In this document: positions 1 to 7,445 of the stretch, piece after piece
Layout: the number at the start of each line of letters is the position of its first letter
Position numbering within the stretch: the first letter of the stretch is position 1
IMG/VR virus record: IMGVR_UViG_3300020047_004811
Span: 1 to 64,000 of that record
Reading direction: 5' to 3' (one strand)
From: a virus
Lineage: Duplodnaviria > Caudoviricetes
Length of the DNA: 64,000 nucleotides
Translations under genes and position numbers: made by a program
The notes under the pieces: model-generated
The model's input: the letters and a program-made list of their open reading frames with translations, nothing else
What the model was told of the DNA's origin: nothing
Database searches by the model: none

Positions 1-343
1 AATAATCTTTTGAATTAAGTTTCCCTTATCATTACAGCTACTTACTATGTACCTAATATTGTTAGCATCCTAATAATATCACGTAGTTGTAATTAAACTA
101 TTGATATATCTAGGTTTCATTTAATTCCAATAGGTTACTATACATAGGGTTGGCATGATACTTGCTTTTCGTGCGTGTTCTTATTTTCTTTTGAGTGGGG
201 TTCACCTAATATCAATGGGTTAGCTATCTATCCCTATAGATTCAGCTAGTTATAATCTTATGATTAAAGTTGTTTCCTATTGATATTCCATTAATCGTTG
301 TGTTTACAGTGGGTTATCCTATGTGCTATGTAGTTGATTTTAT

Positions 344-373
344 TAGATATTCGTTGTATGCGCTTGTTATCAT
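344..373 (+). promoter_or_regulatory. sigma70-like promoter upstream of the early ncRNA region
   Basis: TAGATA(344-349)-N18-TATCAT(368-373) with extended -10 TG. Confidence 0.45.
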
Positions 374-404
374 TGAGTTTGGTCGGTTTTGATATTCTTG
401 TTTC

Positions 405-540
405 AAGGCGGAACACTCGAAAGAGATTGACGCTAGGTTACTTGTTCGATCTTTAGATTAAACTTGTAACCACCACTTGACGGTAAACGTGGTTGTGGTA
501 AGATGGTTGTAACAAGGCAAACAATAAAGTTTGCTTTAAC
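405..540 (+). ncRNA. candidate structured leader RNA
   Basis: CTC-GAAA-GAG hairpin 416-425, GGTTAC/GTAACC helix 436-441/466-471, further hairpins to 540; no long ORF. Confidence 0.35.
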
Positions 541-596
541 TGGAGAAACTAGAATGATTACTTTCGTTGTTATCTTAATGATTCTATGTTTTTTGT

Positions 597-878
597 GTGA
601 CTAGAATGACAGAGAAAGAACGTGCTTACCAGCGTAAACTTGAGGCGAGACTTATAGCCGAGCGTAACGCTGAAAAGTCTAAGAACGTGGTCAAAGCTGG
701 AAACATGCCTTCTCAATGGGGACGTGTTGTCCAAAACGAGCAAAGACTTATAGATAACGGTCACTACATGAAGACAAGTGAGGGGGCGAGACTTGACTAC
801 CTTCGTGAAGAGTACCGGAAACGTAAAAAATTGAATAATGGCGAAAAAACCATTGTGCGAGTGACAAAGAAAGGGTAG
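597..878 (+). CDS. basic hypothetical protein (93 aa)
   Basis: ORF track; K/R-rich; ends just before hammerhead 1. Confidence 0.6.
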   Translation: MTRMTEKERAYQRKLEARLIAERNAEKSKNVVKAGNMPSQWGRVVQNEQRLIDNGHYMKTSEGARLDYLREEYRKRKKLNNGEKTIVRVTKKG

Positions 879-887
879 AATATCAAA

Positions 888-950
888 AGGCGAAACATGG
901 GCGATAACTTCAATCATGTCTCGGGGTTAAACTCCGACTGACGAGCCTAA
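888..950 (+). ncRNA. hammerhead ribozyme HH1 (type II)
   Basis: AGGC-GAAA(892-895); stem III ACATG/CATGT; GUC(918-920); stem I TCGGGGT-TAA-ACTCCGA; CTGACGA(938-944)-GCCT; predicted cleavage after C920. Confidence 0.9.
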
Positions 951-1352
951 AGCATTGATTTGGCTGAATTAATCCGAATTATGCGATAGAATGAAACGGT
1001 TTTCTCAGAAAAAATATGCGAGCCGTAGTGCCGTGGGGGCAAATAGCACCCGATCGTAGAGGGCAAATAGTCCGGTATCATAGTGGTGGGGTTTTTACCG
1101 TAAGGTTGAAACTTACAATTAAGTGAACCGGCTGAACGTCCTTAAACCTAGCGTCCGTGCGAAACACGACTAGCTGTGAGGTCTACGATATTCACCTGAA
1201 AAACCCGCTATAAGCCGGTATATCATGGGCTGGAACATACGAAAATGGTATTGTTCCATAGGTCAGACTCTAACTCGGGAGAGAAGGGGAATGATAAGGG
1301 AAACTTAATTCAAAAGATTATTTACAGCCCCTAGGCTATATGCTTGGGGGCT
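951..1352 (+). ncRNA. large unclassified structured RNA between HH1 and HH2
   Basis: No ORF in the track; many helices: GGGCAAATAG x2 (1037,1061), GTAAG/CTTAC 1100-1116, ACCGGCT/AGCCGGT 1127-1133/1213-1219, GGGTTTTT/AAAAACCC 1089-1096/1199-1206, TGGAACA/TGTTCCA 1231-1258. Confidence 0.7.
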
Positions 1353-1356
1353 TTCC
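1326..1356 (+). terminator. 11-bp hairpin with short U tract (possible weak terminator or 3' stabiliser)
   Basis: AGCCCCTAGGC-TATAT-GCTTGGGGGCT followed by TTCCT. Confidence 0.5.
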
Positions 1357-1403
1357 TATTAGGGTGTGCGCCCTAACTGATGAGATCAAAAGATCGAAAG
1401 GAA
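1353..1403 (+). ncRNA. hammerhead ribozyme HH2 (type III)
   Basis: TTCCT-A (CUA triplet, cleavage after A1358); stem I TTAGGG-TGTGCG-CCCTAA; CTGATGA(1377-1383); stem II GATC-AAAA-GATC; GAAA-GGAA. Confidence 0.92.
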
Positions 1404-1407
1404 TCCT

Positions 1408-1599
1408 ATGAAATGGTTATTTAAAATTCAAGATAATGGTAAGGGTTTTAGAGCCTATTGGTTCTTTAATAAGTTTAAGATTTCATTTAATTCATATAAA
1501 GATTTTATGTTTACTAAAGGCAATTCAAGTATTTGGATTGATATTCCTTATGTAGAGATTAAAATTAAGCGAAATTACAAGGGTCACTTTATCTCTTAA
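1408..1599 (+). CDS. hypothetical protein
   Basis: ORF track; SD AAGGA overlaps the 3' strand of HH2 stem III. Confidence 0.65.
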   Translation: MKWLFKIQDNGKGFRAYWFFNKFKISFNSYKDFMFTKGNSSIWIDIPYVEIKIKRNYKGHFIS

Positions 1600-1701
1600 C
1601 GCCGAGGGAAATCATTCCCTTGCTTTATCATATCAATAGCTTACCCCATGACACATCAAAATCGCTAGGAATCTAGTGAACTATTTTCTTTTAGGAGAGG
1701 T

Positions 1702-2783
1702 ATGAAAGTATTCTACGGACTAATCAAGGGTACTCTATGGTATGTATCTGAAACTATGCCCGAAAAGGCATCATATATTGTTATTCATGCAGAAACTATA
1801 CAAGATGCAGAGATCAAACTGTTTGCTATAACTAACGAACATAACCCTAGGATTTATCTATGAAATTTAGATATGTATTGTTCCTAGCATTCTTTATGAC
1901 TACACTAGTGAGTGTACTAGCCGCAGCTAGAATGCCTAGTAAACAAACAATCGAGAAAGCTCTTAAGGCTGCGCCTTATTTCAGGAGATAGTTATATGAT
2001 ACCTGATACACTTAAGCAGGGTATGGTGTTTGAAAAAAATACAAGAGAAATAACAATCCTATTAATTAACGGAGATACAGCAACAATTAAAGATAGTTAC
2101 ATGTCACAGCCTTATGATTTTGATTTATCATCCTTACATCAAGGGCTTATTCATGCTAACTTCACACTTAAACTTAAGCCTTTAGATAAGGCTATGAAAG
2201 AATTAGATAAACAATTCTGCACACATAAGAATATTCGTCGGGATATGTATTTCTCGGCAGCAGTATACCTTACTTGTAAGGATTGTGGTAAGCCAATGAA
2301 TTGATTTTAGTCTCGGTCGCCGACTCTCAAAACAAAGTGCAAGGAGTGTTCTATGGCTAAGAACCGCAAGAAAATATTCCCAAAACCTCCAGTTCGCTAT
2401 CATTCCAAGCTCGCAAAAGAGCTAGGCAAATACTCAAACAAAACGGACGTAAGGGCTAATCTTATTGGTATATATTATCAGCCAATTAAAAATCAAGCCC
2501 CAGAACTTACTCAAAAACAAGAGACTCAACTCGAAAAGTTACGTGCTAACATAGCAAAGAGGGACGTATGAATGCAGTAAAAATTGTTCCACAAGTTAAG
2601 CCTTTAACTAAAGAAGAAATCCTAGCTAGACTTCATGTATTGGAAGTTAAAGCTGATGTATATTCCCGAAATGATTGGGAAGCATACAATACTCTCCTAG
2701 CTGAAATCAAAGATTTAGATATGAAGTTACTAGATATATATACAACCGAAAACATCACATGGCTTAACAAACAAAAAGCCTAA
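1702..2783 (+). other. run of five small hypothetical ORFs (1702-1863, 1860-1991, 1996-2304, 2353-2571, 2568-2783)
   Basis: SD motifs and ATGA overlaps; the first two were read manually (below track cutoff). Confidence 0.6.
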
Positions 2784-2793
2784 AAAGGAATCC

Positions 2794-3351
2794 ATGCGCT
2801 CAATTATTCTAGTATTTGTATTTCTCTGTCTAGCTGGTGGATGCGGTCGTCGTCCGGGTAAGGTAGGACTAACAGGTGCGCCCGGTACTAACGGTACTGA
2901 TGGATTGTCACTCGTTGTTAATGTGGTCGAGCTAACTACTGAAGATAGCATTGCTTGCAAACTCACTAACATCTATCAAGACACTAATAGAGACGGACTA
3001 TACTCAACCGGAGACACATACAATAATGGATTTCTAGTATGTGATGGTGCTGTGGGGGCACAAGGTGAGCAAGGTGTAGCTGGTGAGCAAGGCGAGACTG
3101 GAGAAGACGGAACTGACGGTACAAATGGAACTAATGGGTTGAACGCTGATACTACATATAGCATTGTATCAATTGTAGACCCTTGTGGTGACACTCCCGG
3201 TGTATACGATGAGGTCATCCTTAAACTTGGCAATGGTACATATATATCAAGCTTCTCAGATAATGTGCAGGGTTATAACACAAGGCTTGGGATACTTACT
3301 CACGGAACTTTTATGACTACTGACGGAACTAGCTGCGTATTTACAATCTAA
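2794..3351 (+). CDS. collagen-like repeat lipoprotein
   Basis: Hydrophobic signal with lipobox LAGGC; two Gly-X-Y tracts; Cys-containing C-terminal domain. Confidence 0.75.
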   Translation: MRSIILVFVFLCLAGGCGRRPGKVGLTGAPGTNGTDGLSLVVNVVELTTEDSIACKLTNIYQDTNRDGLYSTGDTYNNGFLVCDGAVGAQGEQGVAGEQGETGEDGTDGTNGTNGLNADTTYSIVSIVDPCGDTPGVYDEVILKLGNGTYISSFSDNVQGYNTRLGILTHGTFMTTDGTSCVFTI

Positions 3352-3403
3352 TAACCGGAGTCCTATACTGGGCGGTGTTGTCGACCACTAATCATGCGGA
3401 CAA

Positions 3404-3483
3404 AGGCGAAACATGGGCAGTAATAGAGAGATAACTCTCATGAACCCCATGTCTGTACATTATATGTACACTGATGAGCCTAA
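3404..3483 (+). ncRNA. hammerhead ribozyme HH3 (type II) with bulged-G module in stem III
   Basis: AGGC-GAAA; stem III ACATGGG/CCCATGT; GUC(3451-3453); stem I TGTACA-TTATA-TGTACA; CTGATGA(3471-3477)-GCCTAA. Confidence 0.92.
3419..3447 (+). repeat. 29-nt RNA module, copy 1 (AGUA/GAA bulged-G motif plus GAGAG/CUCUC hairpin)
   Basis: 28/29 identical to 6273-6301. Confidence 0.85.
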
Positions 3484-3496
3484 CATAAGGATATAT

Positions 3497-3718
3497 ATGT
3501 ATCTAAGACTAGCTTTTCTAGCTGCTTTAATTACTATAACTATGTCTAATCATGTTCCCGATTTATTGCCTTCCCCGACTAAAAACATAGCATTGGTAAA
3601 ATACAATGATGTTGTATATCAATGTCAAGAAATAGTAGCTACTAAGTGTGGGTATTCATTACACTGTACTGATATGTTTATTCATTGCGCTAACGATATA
3701 GTAATCGAACGCATTTAG
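3497..3718 (+). CDS. small membrane/secreted hypothetical protein
   Basis: Start reassigned to ATG3497 (SD AAGGA, downstream of HH3); hydrophobic N-terminus. Confidence 0.6.
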   Translation: MYLRLAFLAALITITMSNHVPDLLPSPTKNIALVKYNDVVYQCQEIVATKCGYSLHCTDMFIHCANDIVIERI

Positions 3719-3734
3719 TCCTGCTCGCCAAAAT
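3715..3734 (+). repeat. 20-nt intergenic motif, copy 1
   Basis: TTAGTCCTGCTCGCCAAAAT vs TTAGTCTTGCCCGCCAAAAT at 5913-5932. Confidence 0.7.
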
Positions 3735-3749
3735 ATAAATCGAGGTTGT

Positions 3750-4131
3750 ATGAGTCCGTGGAAAATAATCGACAATAGTTTTTTCCATCTAATCTATAAT
3801 TCCAAACAAGCGCATTTTAAATTCCTGTGGGCTGAGAAAATTTATTCCATAAACTTTTATACAGCGAGGTTAGTAAATGATACAATGCCCCATCATAAAG
3901 GAATCTACTATAACTGGAGTGACAAGCAACTCCAAACCCTCTCACTCAAAGAAAGAATTGCCGAGCTTAGCCGAAGAAATATTGAGCGCAAAAGAAGCCG
4001 AGCTTGATCTAATGTGGGATAAAATTCAAGAATTAAAACATACTGATAAATTTGCGGCGCAAGTCCTATATGAACGGTACAAAAGATTGGTAGGTGAAAT
4101 CCCCCCTCCAACGCCGTCTGACATTGCATAA
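3750..4131 (+). pseudogene. hypothetical protein split over two overlapping frames (3750-4007 and 3877-4131)
   Basis: Removing one A from the A4 run at 3990-3993 joins the two frames into one coiled-coil-like ORF. Confidence 0.35.
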
Positions 4132-4198
4132 GCCGTATTGTACTGGATGATAGATGCCCGGTACATCACGCCGATACAAGGAAACTTGTAACTCTAAA

Positions 4199-4332
4199 AG
4201 GCGAAATAGGTTTGCTCCCTATGACTAGGCAGGCGATAGCTTCCCGAAGGTAGGAGTAAATAAGTAGAGTTTGTCAAGTAAAAACCAAACCTCTCACCTA
4301 TCTGTGCGTTATTCGTACACTGATGAGCCTAA
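4199..4332 (+). ncRNA. hammerhead ribozyme HH4 (type II) with ~85-nt insert in stem III
   Basis: AGGC-GAAA(4203-4206); stem III ATAGGT/ACCTAT; AUC(4300-4302); stem I TGTGCG-TTATT-CGTACA; CTGATGA(4320-4326)-GCCTAA. Confidence 0.88.
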
Positions 4333-4341
4333 AGGAAACAC

Positions 4342-4602
4342 ATGAAAAAAATTAATCCTGACATCTTTCCAGCCAATGCTGCGGGCTATGATTTACATGG
4401 CGACTTGAACTATCCTACTTTCATGAAAGAACTAATGCTACGCCCTATAAAGGAAATGGATTACTATAAAGGTAAAGTTACTATATGTATCCCTCATTTC
4501 GATGAGGCTTTCTATGAGAGAATCAGTAAGTATGGTATTAAGAAAGTAAATTGGCACGGCACAGTAAGAGTTATGTCTAAAGATTTAATAGACTATGAAT
4601 AA
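4342..4602 (+). CDS. hypothetical protein
   Basis: ORF track; SD directly after HH4. Confidence 0.65.
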   Translation: MKKINPDIFPANAAGYDLHGDLNYPTFMKELMLRPIKEMDYYKGKVTICIPHFDEAFYERISKYGIKKVNWHGTVRVMSKDLIDYE

Positions 4603-4617
4603 AACAAAGGAGATTCC

Positions 4618-5901
4618 ATGTCTAAAGTAATTGCAACTGATCTCAAACCTAAAGATTTCGTAGATATAGATGCTCCTGCTATTCGAGGCTGGTGTAATGC
4701 GGCTAAGCTTAGTGGAATGATTTCTACCATTCAAGATTATAGTATAAGTGGCGTGATGCATAAATGGGTAACTCTCGTTACAGAAAAGGGTTTTCAAGCA
4801 GCATACCTACCTCTAACTCAAGAAGTAACTAAACAAGTTATGTCAGAGAAAGAGTTGGAAACTCGGGTTATCAAAACTAATATGAGATTCTTACCTAGAA
4901 CTATTCATGGGCAAGGCTCTGACCCTGAAATGTTTGTAGTGAATAAGGATGGCATTGTTATTCCATCATTTGATTTCCTACCTTCTCACAAACAAGTAAC
5001 AGTTAATCAACCATTCTGGGATGGCTTCCAAGCTGAGTTTAATATCCCCGGAGTGTCATGTCTCGACCAAACTATTGGACACTTACAAGCTGGATTATTT
5101 AATCTATATCGTGCGGCTATCAAACATAATAAAGATGCAGCCTTAACCATTAAACCAACGCTTGAAATTCCTCCTCATATGTTAACAGAGGGTAAGGATG
5201 AGCATGTTCAGTTTGGTTGTATGCCTAGTAAGAACGTATATGGTATGAAAGGAATCCAAGCTGATGGTAAGGACGTACTTGTCCGATCGGCTGGCGGACA
5301 TATTCACCTACAGCTAGACAACAAACAAAAGAAAAAAATTGAAGACTATGTTATAGCACTCGATGCAATTCTGGGAGTTGCTTGTGTATCTATGTTCGGT
5401 AATATAGATGACCCTATCCGTCGCCAATACTACGGACTAGCGGGTGAGTATCGTACTCCTAAACATGGTATGGAATACAGAACATTATCTAATGCGTGGA
5501 TGTGTCACCCGACTATTGCTTATGTAGTATTCGAGCTTGCTCGTAAGGTTTGTACGCTAGTAGACAAAGACTTATTCAAGCATTGGCAATTCGATAAGGA
5601 TGAGGTTATTTCTTGTATCAATGAATGTAATATTCCACTAGCTATTGAAATCCTACGTAGGAATGAAGAAATGTTTAGAGATATACTATATTCATTCTGT
5701 TATAGAGATGATAAGAATGTAGATGTTCTATACAATACTTTCTTAGCCGGAGCTGAGGTATTGATCGGCGACCCTAACGATCTAGTATTCAATTGGAATC
5801 TAAATGGGCAAAGAGATTGGTCTACATCATCTTCTCGTATCCACTATATGAAAGAGCGCAATCCAAACTATAATAAGGTCGCTAAGTTAGACCTTAAATA
5901 A
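4618..5901 (+). CDS. phiEco32-like COOH-NH2 ligase type 2
   Basis: Motifs GSDPEMF, DGFQAEFN, FGCMP, RSAGGHIH, YGLAGEYR, EYRTLSNAW. Confidence 0.85.
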   Translation: MSKVIATDLKPKDFVDIDAPAIRGWCNAAKLSGMISTIQDYSISGVMHKWVTLVTEKGFQAAYLPLTQEVTKQVMSEKELETRVIKTNMRFLPRTIHGQGSDPEMFVVNKDGIVIPSFDFLPSHKQVTVNQPFWDGFQAEFNIPGVSCLDQTIGHLQAGLFNLYRAAIKHNKDAALTIKPTLEIPPHMLTEGKDEHVQFGCMPSKNVYGMKGIQADGKDVLVRSAGGHIHLQLDNKQKKKIEDYVIALDAILGVACVSMFGNIDDPIRRQYYGLAGEYRTPKHGMEYRTLSNAWMCHPTIAYVVFELARKVCTLVDKDLFKHWQFDKDEVISCINECNIPLAIEILRRNEEMFRDILYSFCYRDDKNVDVLYNTFLAGAEVLIGDPNDLVFNWNLNGQRDWSTSSSRIHYMKERNPNYNKVAKLDLK

Positions 5902-5912
5902 CAAAGACAATT

Positions 5913-5947
5913 TTAGTCTTGCCCGCCAAAATCGGCTGGCTTAATTT
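5913..5947 (+). promoter_or_regulatory. 20-nt motif copy 2 overlapping a sigma70-like promoter
   Basis: TTGCCC(5919-5924)-N17-TAATTT(5942-5947). Confidence 0.45.
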
Positions 5948-5976
5948 TATGCCCATTTTATGGGCGAGGAGTATCT

Positions 5977-6264
5977 ATGTCACAGGTAAAAACTGCTTCA
6001 GGTCAATCAGAAATCAAACGTCTTGAGGAACAACTAAAAGCACTCAAGGCACAAATTCCTTCAGTTCAAAACAAGGAAATGAAGATCACATCTAAGATCG
6101 GAGAGAAGGGGACTGTAAACTTCTACGGTCTTCGTAAGTTTCCTATCTGCTTGTTTGCTTCGGAAGTTGCTAAACTTACTAAGCTCTTTAACTCCCCTGA
6201 GTTTCAAGAGTTTGTCAAGTCTAATGCTGAATCTCTCGCTAGAAAAGAAGTTAAAGCTGAATAA
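5977..6264 (+). CDS. hypothetical protein
   Basis: ORF track; SD GAGGAG. Confidence 0.7.
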   Translation: MSQVKTASGQSEIKRLEEQLKALKAQIPSVQNKEMKITSKIGEKGTVNFYGLRKFPICLFASEVAKLTKLFNSPEFQEFVKSNAESLARKEVKAE

Positions 6265-6267
6265 TTG

Positions 6268-6303
6268 TAGGTAGTAATAGAGAGGTAACTCTCATGAACC
6301 CTA
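6268..6303 (+). repeat. 29-nt RNA module, copy 2, closed by TAGG/CCTA
   Basis: AGTAATAGAGAGGTAACTCTCATGAACCC; the flanking helix differs from copy 1 but still pairs. Confidence 0.85.
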
Positions 6304-6457
6304 AAAGGCGAAGACAGTCTAGCCAAACTTTGTTAAAGGTTAAAGAATCGGCGTGGTGCTGATTCGCTGTTTAGTTCTTTCGATTTATAAATTACTCTTG
6401 GTATAGTGAACGGATAATGGGGATAGGATGCCGTATAGAGCCTCCCCGGCTATAACA

Positions 6458-6547
6458 AGGCGAAACGGCGAGGCTGGTGAGGCACCTCATAATCAAGGTT
6501 CAATTCCTTGAGCCGTTTAGTATTTATGATACTACTGATGAGCCTAA
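6458..6547 (+). ncRNA. hammerhead ribozyme HH5 (type II) with tRNA-like insert in stem III
   Basis: AGGC-GAAA; stem III ACGGC/GCCGT; GUU(6515-6517); stem I TAGTAT-TTATG-ATACTA; CTGATGA(6535-6541)-GCCTAA. Confidence 0.88.
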
Positions 6548-6563
6548 CAAAAAAGGAATTACT

Positions 6564-6779
6564 ATGCTATCTATTCGATCAAACCGTCGTCAAATTAAAG
6601 CAATCCGAGCTAATCGTATTGAGTCAAAGCTTCCCTCACCTAAGGCAAGCCGTAAACTTAATTCATTCCCTACTTATACCAGTCGCAAGCCAACAAACAA
6701 AGAGTTAGGATTGAATAAAGCAGGGAAACCATTAGCAAGAATGTCTAGGAAACTTAGGAAAGAAATAGGATTGACATGA
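6564..6779 (+). CDS. highly basic small protein
   Basis: Start reassigned to ATG6564 (SD AAGGA after HH5); R/K-rich. Confidence 0.65.
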   Translation: MLSIRSNRRQIKAIRANRIESKLPSPKASRKLNSFPTYTSRKPTNKELGLNKAGKPLARMSRKLRKEIGLT

Positions 6780-7442
6780 CACCAGTAGATACATACATGA
6801 AGCAACGTCATATCCCCAAACAATGGGATGACTTTAAACCCAAACATTACAAGTTAACTCCTCGATTTGTAATAGATACTGAAGATGAGGTTCAAGAGCC
6901 GGATGAAGTTTGTCCGTGCTGCGAAGATCGTAATAGCTCTAAGTCTGAAGCTAAGAAAGTCTTAGTCTTGTCGGGCGATAAATAGGGAAACTTTATGCAC
7001 TCACATTATCACGTTGGATGTGTATATAAACGTGGCTCGGAATTTATCTATGTCACAGAAAAAAGACCTAGACATTCTATTGGATGCGGAGAGCATTATG
7101 TGTGGCGGGTTATAGATATTAAAACTGGAAGGCTAGGTAAGGAAGGTACTGGGTTTGGCGGGGTGATATGCGAACCTATAAACTGTGAGATACAAATTAA
7201 AATCAAATTCAAAGAGGAGTCGCATGTCCAAATCGAATCCTAGAGAAACTTGTCGATATAAGTATTGTCAAACTTTGTATTCATTACATAGAATCACTAA
7301 AGGTTCTAATCTTTCTTATGAAAAATCAGATAGTAAATGGCCTGATCTAGTATTGCGTAATAAGAAAGGTAAAAGAATAGCTACCGTTATGACTTATGGG
7401 CCTTTTGGTGGTATCAATCATGACCTTAGATATGGGGAGTAA
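6776..7442 (+). other. three small hypothetical ORFs (6776-6985, 6995-7243, 7224-7442)
   Basis: ORF track; coupled starts and stops. Confidence 0.55.
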
Positions 7443-7445
7443 GCT

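Noticed and set aside
3355-3400. Twister-like CCGG-AGTCCTATA-CTGG / GGAC arrangement upstream of HH3
   Set aside because: Lacks the T2 GC pair and the P1/P2 and UAA cleavage-site context of twister.
4118-4190. SAM-II-like CCGTATTG segment and hairpins before HH4
   Set aside because: Only an 8-nt resemblance; UGAUUU and the P2 partners are missing. It may still be structured, but class assignment is unsupported.
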